IMG/VR virus record: IMGVR_UViG_3300032280_000786
Coordinates: 26,206 to 90,205 of that record
DNA: 64,000 nt
Source of the DNA: a virus
Taxonomy: Duplodnaviria; Caudoviricetes
Strand: one strand, 5' to 3'
The notes under the pieces were generated by a model that saw only the letters and a list, made by a program, of their open reading frames with translations, was not told the DNA's origin and made no database searches. Made by a program: the position numbers and the translations under genes. Within the stretch, counting starts at the first letter, position 1. Every line of letters begins with the position of its first letter. Positions 1 through 10,016 of the stretch are shown here, in pieces.

Positions 1-2637
1 ACAGGATCTGCTACTACTAAAATTATACTTGATACTGGAAATGGACAAGGAATTTTTGGAGGTGTTGGAGCTTTAAGTAGTGGTACTAATTTTTATTCTC
101 AAAATCAAGGAACTGGTATAGGTGCATATTTTGATACTTCTTCTACAGGTAGAGCAGTATGGATAGCTTCTGGTGCATCTAGTAGTGGTAGAGTATTAGA
201 TATAACAGCAGGTGGTTCAGGTGATGCAGTATCTATAGCATCTTCTGGATCAGCTAGATTAATTGTTGGTATGAGTGGATCTAATGTAAATTTTACTCTT
301 AATAAGGTAGGAGAAATTTATACTGCGGGTTCAATAAATATAGGAACAGGAACTGCCAGTAATAGTAGATTTGTAGTTTCATCATCAGGTGGTACTACTT
401 CATTCCATGTAAATGAAGCTGGAGATTCTGTTTTTAGAGGTGATACAAAAATAATAGGTGCAACATTTTCTCCTACCGTTCCGTTACCACCTGGTTCTAT
501 TACTTTTGGAAGTAAAACTGCTATATATCCACCTGGTGACAATGAAATTGTTATAGGTACAGATACATTGTTTAGATATGGATGGAAATTTACAGGTTAT
601 CAAATAACAAACTTATGGGGAAATACAATAGAGTTTCAAAATATAATGGGTACTATTGGTAATTTATTTGTTGGTTCAACTTACCAATTTGCAGGATATA
701 ATGTATTTTCTCCAAGTCAACGAAGTACATTATTTGTTAAAGGTACTACAGCAAGTATTATGAGAGTTGTTGGTATAGGTGCAACTTGGAGTAATAGTCA
801 AAGTATATTTGAAATTAATAATAATGGTGCTGTTAGTATAGGTACATCACTATCAATGAGTGGTACTGAGTTATTTATACAATCAAATACTGCATCAACT
901 ACAATAGGTAGTAATGTTATGTTAGACTTATATAATGGACAATTAACTGGAACACCTGGGCAGGTTAGTGAATTAGCATTTTCAGCAGATACATCAGGTG
1001 GTGGTGTAAATGCTTATAATACTCAACATAGATATGCAATTATATCTGGTTATGCAACTACTTGGAATGGTATAGTTACTGGTGGTGGAATTAAATTTTC
1101 AACAAGAGCAACTACTAGTTCAAGTTTAGTTACTTCATTAGTAGTTGATCAAAATGGTAGCGTTTATAATGAGGCTAGAGGTTCAAGTAATACTATATAT
1201 GGTTATCAAGCATTATTAAATGGAACTGCATCATTAAATAATACTGCAATTGGTTATCAAGCATTATTAACTACAACCGCATCATTATATAATACTGCAA
1301 TTGGTTATCGATCATTGTATTCAAATACAACAGGTGATAATAATACTGCACTTGGTTATCAATCATTGTATTCAAATACAACAGGTTTTAATAATACTAC
1401 ACTTGGATTTCAATCATTGCGTAATAATACAACTGGTACTAATAGTGTGGCAATAGGTTATCAAGCATTATATAATAATACAACTGGTTATGATAATGTG
1501 GCAATAGGTTATAGAGCTCTATATTTTAATGAAGAAGATAATTTTGCTAGACCAGGTAGATTTAATGTGGCAATAGGTTCAAGTGCCTTATATATAAATG
1601 AGAGTGGTAAATATAATGTGGCAATAGGTCATCAAGCATTATATTCAAATGAAGTGGATAATAATGTGGCACTTGGTTATCAATCATTATATACAAATTA
1701 TAATGGAGATAATAATACTGCAGTTGGTAGTCAAGCATTATATTCAAGCTATAGTGGTAGTCAAAATACAGCAATTGGTAGAATTTCTTTATGGTCTAAT
1801 ACAACTGGTAGTGGTAATACTGCAGTTGGTCATCAAGCATTATGGTCTAATACAACTGGTGGTCAGAATGTTGGTTTAGGTGCGGGTGCATTAAATGTTA
1901 ATACAACTGGTACTTATAATACTGCACTTGGTTATGGTGCATTACAAGCAAATATTTCGGGATCTTATAATATTGCAATCGGTAATCAAGCAGGTTATTT
2001 CAGTACAACTGGAGTGTTGGCAACAAGTTCAAACAATTCTATTTTTATAGGTTATGATACAAAACCACAACTAAGTAATCAAACTAATCAAGTCGTTATT
2101 GGACATGGTGCCACTGGTAATGGTTCTAATTCTTTTACTTTAGGTAATGATAGTATAACTAAAACAATTGTTAAAGGTAATGTTGGAATTGGTTTAACTG
2201 GACCATCTACTAAACTACATATTTATGCAACACAATCAGGTGCTCTTAGATTAGCAGATGGAACACAAGGAAATGGATATATTCTTACATCTGATACTAA
2301 TGGTGTTGCTTCTTGGACTGCATCATTTGCATTAGGTGTAATAGCAACATCATCAAATATAACAACTGACACATTAGATATAAATGGACTAAGCCAACGA
2401 GGTAGATGTATTATTATAGATAATGGAACATATAGTATCAATTTAACCGTGAATGGTGCTACAGGTTTCAGTTCAACATATTTAAAACATGGTACAGCAA
2501 GTGTTACGTTTGTACAAGGTTCAGGTAGAACATTAGTTCAAGTTGATGGTACGGCAGTACTAAATGGTGTAGCTGGTTCTACTGCAACTTTATTGAGTTA
2601 TGGTACAACTGATTATTTAAGAATAAATAATGCTTAA
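1..2637 (+). CDS. Tail fibre / adhesin-like virion protein, 5'-truncated by the window edge
   Basis: Frame 1 is open from base 1 (TGSATTKIILDTGNGQG...) into the tracked ORF at 271. It is G/S/T/N-rich with about 18 copies of a 14-aa N(T/V)A(I/V/L)GY(Q/R)AL..NTTG repeat typical of beta-helical/YadA-like phage fibre proteins. Confidence 0.8.
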   Translation, partial: TGSATTKIILDTGNGQGIFGGVGALSSGTNFYSQNQGTGIGAYFDTSSTGRAVWIASGASSSGRVLDITAGGSGDAVSIASSGSARLIVGMSGSNVNFTLNKVGEIYTAGSINIGTGTASNSRFVVSSSGGTTSFHVNEAGDSVFRGDTKIIGATFSPTVPLPPGSITFGSKTAIYPPGDNEIVIGTDTLFRYGWKFTGYQITNLWGNTIEFQNIMGTIGNLFVGSTYQFAGYNVFSPSQRSTLFVKGTTASIMRVVGIGATWSNSQSIFEINNNGAVSIGTSLSMSGTELFIQSNTASTTIGSNVMLDLYNGQLTGTPGQVSELAFSADTSGGGVNAYNTQHRYAIISGYATTWNGIVTGGGIKFSTRATTSSSLVTSLVVDQNGSVYNEARGSSNTIYGYQALLNGTASLNNTAIGYQALLTTTASLYNTAIGYRSLYSNTTGDNNTALGYQSLYSNTTGFNNTTLGFQSLRNNTTGTNSVAIGYQALYNNTTGYDNVAIGYRALYFNEEDNFARPGRFNVAIGSSALYINESGKYNVAIGHQALYSNEVDNNVALGYQSLYTNYNGDNNTAVGSQALYSSYSGSQNTAIGRISLWSNTTGSGNTAVGHQALWSNTTGGQNVGLGAGALNVNTTGTYNTALGYGALQANISGSYNIAIGNQAGYFSTTGVLATSSNNSIFIGYDTKPQLSNQTNQVVIGHGATGNGSNSFTLGNDSITKTIVKGNVGIGLTGPSTKLHIYATQSGALRLADGTQGNGYILTSDTNGVASWTASFALGVIATSSNITTDTLDINGLSQRGRCIIIDNGTYSINLTVNGATGFSSTYLKHGTASVTFVQGSGRTLVQVDGTAVLNGVAGSTATLLSYGTTDYLRINNA
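1198..2000 (+). repeat. Coding tandem repeat (~42 bp unit, 14 aa) inside the tail fibre gene
   Basis: Repeated aatactgcaattggttatcaagcatta-like units encode NTAIGYQAL..NTTG. Confidence 0.9.
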
Positions 2638-2639
2638 TT

Positions 2640-3422
2640 ATGTTTAATAATATATATTACGAGTTTGGTGCAATTATTAATTATGAGCCTGAGTATGAGG
2701 CCATATTACAATATGCTATAAGTAATGGTTATACTACACCGAAAAGAAATCAAAATTTCTTAAATAATAAGAAGATTAAACAATTGAAGTCTGAAGGTAT
2801 TTTTACTGAATTAGATATATTATATAATTTCAAACAACAATCTGGATTAGAAGACTTTTGTAAAATAAATTGGGTAAATCCAGGTGTTTATAATGCAACA
2901 CAAAGTACTTTACTTATGCCTACTTTTGAACCAGATAAAGGATTTAAAGGTACAAACTCAACTTATTTTTTTACAAATTATATTCCATCAGTAAATGCAA
3001 GTAATGCACTAATAGATGATATGGGTATTTTCTTTAAAACATATGATGAAGTATTAGGTGTTGTTGCGGGAACTAGAAATGGTTCAGGAAATAACTTTAA
3101 TTTTAGAAAAAACAATGGGACAGGCCTTTTAGATAGTGCAAACTTGTGTGGTTCATCAGGTAGTGGTTTAATTGTATTTGATAATAATTCACATATTGTA
3201 CACTCTAAAAATGGACTTACTCATAGTTATTATGTAAATGGAACATTTAGTACATCTACTACATATGCATCAACAACATTAAGTTCAGTGCAATTAACAC
3301 TTTTTGCTTGGAATTTAAGTGGTACACCCGGACAATTTTTTACAGGAGGTATAGAATACTTTGCATTAGGTAGTTCCTATTTAGGCACAAAGGCTGCAGT
3401 TTTAAAAACTATATTTGAATAA
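2640..3422 (+). CDS. Hypothetical protein, probably virion/tail associated
   Basis: 260-aa ORF starting 2 nt after the fibre stop, with beta-rich N/G/T/S composition. Confidence 0.55.
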   Translation: MFNNIYYEFGAIINYEPEYEAILQYAISNGYTTPKRNQNFLNNKKIKQLKSEGIFTELDILYNFKQQSGLEDFCKINWVNPGVYNATQSTLLMPTFEPDKGFKGTNSTYFFTNYIPSVNASNALIDDMGIFFKTYDEVLGVVAGTRNGSGNNFNFRKNNGTGLLDSANLCGSSGSGLIVFDNNSHIVHSKNGLTHSYYVNGTFSTSTTYASTTLSSVQLTLFAWNLSGTPGQFFTGGIEYFALGSSYLGTKAAVLKTIFE

Positions 3423-4037
3423 TTATTGTAATCTTAATTTAATAAAATTAAGAAGCATTTCAGTTTTCTCTTTTTCACCTTTAGTATTGATCCATTGCCA
3501 AGTAAATGTACTCTCTAAGAATTGTATTCTTCTTTTAAGATCTTCAATCTTGGATTCAATTATTTGATTGTCATCGTCATCTAAGTCATAGTCGATTTCT
3601 AATTCAGTACAAACTTTGTAGATACCAATCTTATCATTATTATCATAATACTTTGTTGCCATTAAGTATAAATCATTTAAACTTTTCATACTAACTTTAT
3701 CTGGATGTGTTAGCTTAACAATCTCACGATAAAGTTTTTTAACTTTAGGTAGTTTAGGGTCTTCGTAAGTAATCACTTGATCCATCTCTAGTTCTTCTTC
3801 TTCAAATAATTCAATAACTTCTTCAGTATTTCTAAGAATACTTTGTTGAATATGATTATCTATCTTTTCATCATATATTTCTTTAAGTTGTGGATGTTCT
3901 TCTAAGAAGTTGTTTACTTGTGTAATAAAATCGGAATCAGCCTCACTGATTATTTCGTTTCGATACTCAAAATCAGATTCTATATAGTCTAATTCTTTAA
4001 ATAACTTTTTAGTTTGTAAGTATTGTAAACGATTCAT
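3423..4037 (-). CDS. J-domain (DnaJ-like, HPD motif) protein
   Basis: KVKKLYREIVKLTHPDKV matches J-domain helix II plus the HPD loop, flanked by coiled-coil segments. Confidence 0.7.
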   Translation of the reverse strand: MNRLQYLQTKKLFKELDYIESDFEYRNEIISEADSDFITQVNNFLEEHPQLKEIYDEKIDNHIQQSILRNTEEVIELFEEEELEMDQVITYEDPKLPKVKKLYREIVKLTHPDKVSMKSLNDLYLMATKYYDNNDKIGIYKVCTELEIDYDLDDDDNQIIESKIEDLKRRIQFLESTFTWQWINTKGEKEKTEMLLNFIKLRLQ

Positions 4038-4090
4038 AAACTATATATTCTAAAGTTATCTTTTGATTTGAAAATATTTATATATAGTTT

Positions 4091-4579
4091 ATGGAAAATT
4101 TATCTTTAATAGAATTGTACCAAATTAAAAGTCGTTTGATTAAAGAATCAATGATTGAGGAACCATTATGGTTTGAAGTTTTAGAATCAATTAAATCAAT
4201 TGAAGATAAAATATTTGAATCTACATCCGCAACGGGTGGTCCCGTTGTTGGTGGAGGCGGTGGAATGACTGGTAACCCAGTTGATTTAGGTAGAACTCCA
4301 CTTGGTCCTAAATGGGCTTCTGGTGGTGGAGATGATAAAAGTTATATTAATGCACCTTATAACCCAGGTGGTGCTGACAGAATGATGCAAAGAATTCCTG
4401 TGATGAGTAAAGACCACGGACCTAGAACCGGTAAAAAGTCAAGAGAGAAAAAACTTGACATTAAAGCTTTAAAACAAGCTTTGGCTAAGAGAAAGGATTT
4501 TCAAAGACAAGAAGGCGAGAAAAAAGTTATGAACTTTGATAACTTCACTAAAGATGAAATAAATACTATTAAGAAGTAA
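4091..4579 (+). CDS. Hypothetical protein (Gly-rich centre, basic C-terminus)
   Basis: 162-aa ORF with a TATATA-type motif just upstream. Confidence 0.6.
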   Translation: MENLSLIELYQIKSRLIKESMIEEPLWFEVLESIKSIEDKIFESTSATGGPVVGGGGGMTGNPVDLGRTPLGPKWASGGGDDKSYINAPYNPGGADRMMQRIPVMSKDHGPRTGKKSREKKLDIKALKQALAKRKDFQRQEGEKKVMNFDNFTKDEINTIKK

Positions 4580-4746
4580 TGAAGTATATTAAGTTATTTG
4601 AAGACATACATATACACGATAGATGGGAACAACAATCTATCGAAGAACAAGATATAGAAGAATTCGCAGAAACTTTATTTGTAAATCTATTAGATGATGG
4701 ATTCACGGTAGATACTGATCGCAGGAGGTTATATATGGAAATATAA
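4579..4746 (+). CDS. Small protein with MKYIKLFE leader (55 aa, not in the ORF track)
   Basis: ATG overlaps the previous stop. Translates to MKYIKLFEDIHIHDRWEQQSIEEQDIEEFAETLFVNLLDDGFTVDTDRRRLYMEI. Confidence 0.65.
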   Translation: MKYIKLFEDIHIHDRWEQQSIEEQDIEEFAETLFVNLLDDGFTVDTDRRRLYMEI

Positions 4747-4793
4747 ACAAATTGCAAAATAATTTGTATAAATAAAAAAAATAATTCATAAGA

Positions 4794-5342
4794 ATGTTTA
4801 AAACAGAAAAAGTAATAATTATCGGCCCTTCGGGGTCGGGTTAAGGAAAAGATTATTTAATGAGAAAATTAGCAGAGAAAGGTATGAAACCTTGCTTAAA
4901 ATGGACTACAAGACCTATAAGAAAATTTGAAAAACAAGGAGTAAATTATAATTTTGTAAATGAACAATTATTTTTACAAACAATAAATGAAGACAAGTTT
5001 TTATCTTGTCAAAAATTTGAAGTAACTCCTGAAAATTCAGAGCCTCAAACTTGGTACTACGGTATTACACTTGAAGAGTTTCACAATTCGGATATTTTTA
5101 TTATGACACCTGGTGAATTTAGAGATTTACCTGCAGAATTAAGAAAAGGTTGTTGTGTTGTTTATTTGAACATAGACAGAGAAACAAGAGAGAAACGACT
5201 ACATAATAGAAAAGATAAAAATGATTCAATACAACGAAGATTAGATGCAGATGAAGAAGATTTTAAACAAAGTTTTGATTATGATTTAGGAATAACAGAT
5301 CCAGACTTTGGAGCAGATGATGTTTATTCACTAATAGATTAA
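4794..5342 (+). CDS. Guanylate kinase-like P-loop kinase interrupted by an in-frame TAA at 4842-4844
   Basis: ATG 4794 gives MFKTEKVIIIGPSGSG*GKDYLMRK, in frame with the tracked ORF at 4860. The downstream TTRPIRKFE..GVNYNFV, WYYG and ETREKRLHNR..DSIQRRL motifs are GMK-like. Confidence 0.75.
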
Positions 5343-5369
5343 AAAAAGAGAGCAATTGCTCTCTTTTTT
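5342..5369. terminator. Bidirectional intrinsic terminator
   Basis: aaaaaagagagc-aatt-gctctctttttt between convergent genes. Confidence 0.85.
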
Positions 5370-5373
5370 ATTA

Positions 5374-6093
5374 TTATGGTTCAGTTTTTCCTTCATATGT
5401 AAGACCGTGTAAAGCGCCATTAATACTATTACAAATACTTTCTGAACTATTTATCGTGTTTTCTAATACTGACATAATAATATTTAGTATAGAATAAACC
5501 TTCAATAAGTTTTTATCACTATCATAAAATTGAGATGAACATATACCTTCAACTAAGTCAATAGTTAAAAGAATATTATCATTATTTTTAATTTTCATTT
5601 TCTCTATAATAACTGCTGGTATACTAACTTCAACCATCTCTCTTTCATAATCATAAACTGTTTGATTTATTAGATTAAGAAAAGATTTAAGTATTTGTGG
5701 TTCATCCATTGTTTCGTATGTTTTACCTGCTACGAACTTCTCAATGTTTCTCTTGTAGTTTTTAAGATAGATTGTTAAGTATTTTCTAAATACCACAGTT
5801 CTATATTCTGTTGAGAATTGAAATGTTGGAACTTTTGAATAAGTCCAGAAGTCAATATAGTTAAATACGTCATGATTATCTATATCAGAAATGTTTATTT
5901 TTCTAACAGATGATTCAACCTCTTTAACTTTATTTGACATGAATTTATCAATAAACCAATCGGAAATTTTACCCATAAAATTTCCAAACCAATTACTTTT
6001 AATTAGTGTATAAATACCAAATAAAACGGCAGAAGTTAAAATTCCTTTTAACCCATGTTTTTCAACAAGTGGTACTAAGTCTGTGTAGTTCAT
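5374..6093 (-). CDS. Hypothetical protein with one N-terminal transmembrane segment
   Basis: Hydrophobic GILTSAVLFGIYTLI near the N-terminus, then a soluble helical domain. Confidence 0.6.
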   Translation of the reverse strand: MNYTDLVPLVEKHGLKGILTSAVLFGIYTLIKSNWFGNFMGKISDWFIDKFMSNKVKEVESSVRKINISDIDNHDVFNYIDFWTYSKVPTFQFSTEYRTVVFRKYLTIYLKNYKRNIEKFVAGKTYETMDEPQILKSFLNLINQTVYDYEREMVEVSIPAVIIEKMKIKNNDNILLTIDLVEGICSSQFYDSDKNLLKVYSILNIIMSVLENTINSSESICNSINGALHGLTYEGKTEP

Positions 6094-6221
6094 CTAATAT
6101 GATTATTTTGTCTTTTTATATATAAAATTTGAAAAGTAAAAAATTAAAATACCTTTATTTTATTCGTTTTTTAGTTAGTGGATAAAATAATTTAATATAT
6201 AATAAAAATTAAATAATCATT

Positions 6222-6548
6222 ATGAGTTTAAGACAAAATATAAACAAAGTTCACTTCGATCTTCAGAATAAATTTGAAGAAGTAACTATCACAGAGAAGT
6301 CTGATTTAAAATTAGGTAACTACTTTGAGTTATCAATTTTAGAAGGAAATAAAGAAGTTAAAGTTATTCTTAGAAAAACTGAGGCAGAGAAAAATGTATT
6401 TGAATGGTCTTACTTTTCAAACCCATTAAATGAGAGTTCTGATCTAGTTGAAAGAACATCAAAACTTGAAATGTTTTCTTTAGATATTCAAGAAGTTTTA
6501 GAGAAAAATAGATTTGATTCTGATTATCTTAACAAAATAAATAACTAA
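6222..6548 (+). CDS. Hypothetical protein
   Basis: 108-aa ORF behind TAATATATA (6193-6201), directly upstream of the baseplate gene. Confidence 0.6.
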   Translation: MSLRQNINKVHFDLQNKFEEVTITEKSDLKLGNYFELSILEGNKEVKVILRKTEAEKNVFEWSYFSNPLNESSDLVERTSKLEMFSLDIQEVLEKNRFDSDYLNKINN

Positions 6549-6552
6549 TAAA

Positions 6553-8277
6553 ATGTCAAATTTTACCTCTATATCATTTACAAATATTAAGTCTGAGATA
6601 GAACGTTTTTTAAAAGAAGAATATAATAAAGCTAATATACTTTTTACTGCGGCAAGTCCGTATGGGCAAATCTTATTAGTTCTAGAAAACTTACATCAGT
6701 TATCATTACTTTATTTAAAAAATGCAATAAATCAATTTGATTTAAGTCAAGTTAATTCTAATAACGAGAGAGTTATTAGAAATGCTGCTATATATGCTGG
6801 ACATAATCCGGGTAGAGGTATATCAGCAACTGGTACTTTAAAGTTTGTTTTAAAGTCTTCTGCTGACATTGAAGCTGATATCCCAGGTGCTAGAATAACA
6901 TTGAGTAATAAAGCAAATATTAAAAATAAGACTAATGGATTAGATTATTCATTAAACTTAGGAACTGATGTTATTACACATAAGATAACTCCTAACTATC
7001 AATTCTTTGTGCCAATTATTCAAGGTAAATGGCAAAGTAAGATCTATACTGGTGATGGGGCTGCTTTACAAACTCTTTCAGTAAAAGAAATAGGTCGTAA
7101 AGATGTTGAGAACTTTAATGTACAAGTTTTAGTTAATGGTGACTTTTGGCCAACTAAGAATCACATTTTTGAAATGTTACCAGGTGAAACAGCTTGTGTT
7201 GTTAGAACTGGATTTGATGGTGGTATTGACATTGTATTTGGTAATGAAGGATTTGGATCAATTCCTACAATTGGTTCTATTATAGAAGTAAGATACTTAA
7301 TTACAGATGGTCAATTAGGAAATATATTTAGAAGAACTTCTAATGATTTTAAATTTATTGATGATATGTTAAGTGCTGATGGTCAAGCAATCAATGTTGA
7401 TAAGGTATTTAATATAGAAATTTATACAGATATAAATTTTGGTGCTGATAAAGAAAGTTTATTATTTACTAAGAATATTTTACCAATATCTTCAAATAAT
7501 TTTGTATTAGCTCTACCTCAACAATATGCTTATGCAATTAAGAGACTTGGAGTATTTTCACATGTTAATGCTTATGAAAGATCAGGAACTATATTCATAG
7601 TTGCAACACCAAACATTAGATTATTTAAAAATCAAAATGCAGATTATTTCTCAATTGATATGGCAGCATTTATTTTAGATAACTATGAGAAGTCTAAAAT
7701 AGATAAGTATTTAAGAACAGGTGGTAATATTCAACTAACAAGAAAGTATAAAGTTGTTTCTCCAGTTATATCATATTATATCATGAACATATTTGTTATA
7801 TCATATTCTGATGTAACAGATGATTCAGTTAATACACAAATATTAAACAAAATATCTGAATACTTTTTAGACTTATCAAGAATTGATAGAGTTCCTAAAT
7901 TAGATATTATTAGAGAGTTATCTACAATTACAGATATTCACTCTGTTGATATACAATTTGTATCTAAAAAGAATGAAGATTACCATAATGAGAATATGGT
8001 AATAGCCGCTAACAAAGTAAATAAATATGCTTCTAGTTTCAACACAGACATCTCTACCGCGACTTTAGTACCTGGTTACAACCCTTATAGTGTACAAGGT
8101 TTAGATCCTGTCTTAGGAGACATTATTTTTGAACCAAATGAAATTCCTGTAATAAGAGGTGGTTTCTATGATAGAAATGGTGTTTATTATTCTGATTCTG
8201 TTGATGGTAATGGATTACGTTCAGTAAACATTATTAAGAAAGGAACAGTTGATTCAAAAAATAGACCTAATACATAA
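6553..8277 (+). CDS. Baseplate wedge subunit, T4 gp6-like
   Basis: N-terminal SFTNIKSEIERFL...GQILLVLE...AINQ..RVIRNAAIYAGHNP, then DIVFGNEGFG.IP..GSIIEVRYLITDGQLGN and GADKES. This follows the gp6/baseplate-J pattern. Confidence 0.75.
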   Translation: MSNFTSISFTNIKSEIERFLKEEYNKANILFTAASPYGQILLVLENLHQLSLLYLKNAINQFDLSQVNSNNERVIRNAAIYAGHNPGRGISATGTLKFVLKSSADIEADIPGARITLSNKANIKNKTNGLDYSLNLGTDVITHKITPNYQFFVPIIQGKWQSKIYTGDGAALQTLSVKEIGRKDVENFNVQVLVNGDFWPTKNHIFEMLPGETACVVRTGFDGGIDIVFGNEGFGSIPTIGSIIEVRYLITDGQLGNIFRRTSNDFKFIDDMLSADGQAINVDKVFNIEIYTDINFGADKESLLFTKNILPISSNNFVLALPQQYAYAIKRLGVFSHVNAYERSGTIFIVATPNIRLFKNQNADYFSIDMAAFILDNYEKSKIDKYLRTGGNIQLTRKYKVVSPVISYYIMNIFVISYSDVTDDSVNTQILNKISEYFLDLSRIDRVPKLDIIRELSTITDIHSVDIQFVSKKNEDYHNENMVIAANKVNKYASSFNTDISTATLVPGYNPYSVQGLDPVLGDIIFEPNEIPVIRGGFYDRNGVYYSDSVDGNGLRSVNIIKKGTVDSKNRPNT

Positions 8278-8522
8278 TGTTATATAGAGACAGACAGTTG
8301 CCGGAACTTTACTATATGAAACATAGACATGATAATGATAATGATTTCGTTGATTATGAGAAAACTATATTAAGTAGAAACCTTTCTCCTTATATGTATG
8401 AGAATAATATGATGAATGGGTTCTTAACAAGACTACAACCTTTAGCTGCATCATTATTTGATAGAATGAATGTTATCAAAAACTTCAAAAATTATATGGT
8501 GGATAAAGATTGGTATAAATAA
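8277..8522 (+). CDS. Hypothetical protein, translationally coupled to the baseplate gene
   Basis: 81-aa ORF with TAATG overlap. Confidence 0.55.
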   Translation: MLYRDRQLPELYYMKHRHDNDNDFVDYEKTILSRNLSPYMYENNMMNGFLTRLQPLAASLFDRMNVIKNFKNYMVDKDWYK

Positions 8523-8590
8523 TATTGAAAAATAAAGAAAACCATTTCTAATATATAATATATAATAAACAATAAAAAAGTAATTAAAAC

Positions 8591-9226
8591 ATGGCAGATA
8601 GTAAAAAAATAGTAAGCTTTAAGAAATTTTCAGATATTAAAGCTGATTCTAGTAAAATAGAAGAAGTTGATCCTTCATTGGATTTAGCTCCTGAGACTGA
8701 TTCTGACAGACCTATGATTCCTAATGTATCATCTTCGACGAATAAAGTAGAGAAACGTTTTTCTTCAAAGAACATTGAACCTACTGATCACGATGAGGAT
8801 TTTGAACAAGATGATGAGAATGATGAGTATCCTGAAAAACCTAAGAATGAAGTAAAAACATATGGAAAAGTGGCAAAGTTTCCTAATGGAGTAAAGGCTT
8901 CTAAAGCTCTAAATTTCTTGGAGAACGTAAAGATCTCGAAAAAATCTATATGGTATATTGTTGTAGAACAACAAAGTGATGAACTTCAGTTAGTTAAATA
9001 TAATTATAATGAGGGTGTAGATTTATCCAAGTTTGTAAATGAATTAAAATCATACTATATTACTAAAAATAGAGGCAATAAAGCCATATGTGAAGCAGTT
9101 GCTAAAATTGGTGTAGATGGTAATGATAAGTATAGTAAGATCACAAACATATCAAAGATTAAAGTAGATGGAAAGCTACTAATCACTAAAATCACAGAAG
9201 ACTTAATCAAGTTACTCTCAAAATAA
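8591..9226 (+). CDS. Hypothetical protein (acidic linker)
   Basis: 211-aa ORF with TAATATATA at 8549 and a terminator after. Confidence 0.6.
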   Translation: MADSKKIVSFKKFSDIKADSSKIEEVDPSLDLAPETDSDRPMIPNVSSSTNKVEKRFSSKNIEPTDHDEDFEQDDENDEYPEKPKNEVKTYGKVAKFPNGVKASKALNFLENVKISKKSIWYIVVEQQSDELQLVKYNYNEGVDLSKFVNELKSYYITKNRGNKAICEAVAKIGVDGNDKYSKITNISKIKVDGKLLITKITEDLIKLLSK

Positions 9227-9260
9227 AAAAAAATAGACACTTTTAAGTGTCTATTTTTTT
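9227..9260. terminator. Intrinsic terminator
   Basis: aaaaaaatagacac-tttta-agtgtctattttttt hairpin with flanking A and T tracts. Confidence 0.8.
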
Positions 9261-9344
9261 TATACTATTTTTTACAAAATATTGATAGAAAATTCTAAAA
9301 AGTAGTTTTATTATTTAATATATAATAAAAAATAAAATAAAATA

Positions 9345-9962
9345 ATGAAACATATTAAAAAATTCAATGATGATAAAATAAATGAAGAATTTTTTGGAGG
9401 TCCTCTTAAAGATTTAATGAATCCAAGAGTTGATGAACTTATAGAATTCTTGGAAGATTATAAGACTAAAATCAATGAACCTAATTCATTTGTTAATAAA
9501 GAGGAAAATAGAAAAGTTGAAAATATGTACCAATATATAATTCATAATTTAGACCTTGATACATTATCTAAATCAAATAGACAAGGTGATAAAGTAAGAG
9601 GGGAAGGTGAAAATTTTTCTCAAAAAGTTAAAAGAAGTATTAAAAATTTTGAAAGTATTTCAGAAGGTAAAGCTGAAAAAGCTTCTAAAAATCCTTACGG
9701 TAACAAAACCAAGGAGGATAAGAAAGACCAATTAAGAAAAGCGGTTGAAGATCATATCAAAACTAAAGAGTGTAAAACTAAACAAGTTGGAGATGATTTT
9801 GAAATTCATTTTGATGGGGAACATATTGGACAAGTTATGTTTCGTGATGAGAAAATCACCGTTAAGAAACAAGGAGAAAAATTCGGCAAAGAATTTAAGT
9901 ATAATGAATTAGGTAAAATTAAAACAGAAATAACTTCTGTAATAAAAGATTGCTGTGAATAA
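9345..9962 (+). CDS. Hypothetical protein with MKHIKKFND leader (putative internal head protein)
   Basis: Leader motif plus INEE, with TAATATATA at 9316. Confidence 0.6.
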   Translation: MKHIKKFNDDKINEEFFGGPLKDLMNPRVDELIEFLEDYKTKINEPNSFVNKEENRKVENMYQYIIHNLDLDTLSKSNRQGDKVRGEGENFSQKVKRSIKNFESISEGKAEKASKNPYGNKTKEDKKDQLRKAVEDHIKTKECKTKQVGDDFEIHFDGEHIGQVMFRDEKITVKKQGEKFGKEFKYNELGKIKTEITSVIKDCCE

Positions 9963-10016
9963 ATGAAAGATTTTTTTAAAGAATCTAGATTTACATAAAA
10001 ATTATTAACAAACTAG

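Noticed and set aside
1198-2637. Diversity-generating retroelement target in the fibre
   Set aside because: There is no reverse transcriptase and no separate template repeat differing only at adenines in the window.
6553-8522. Nucleus-forming (chimallin/PhuZ) jumbo phage features
   Set aside because: No tubulin, chimallin or multisubunit RNAP genes were recognised. The marker genes present are T4-like.
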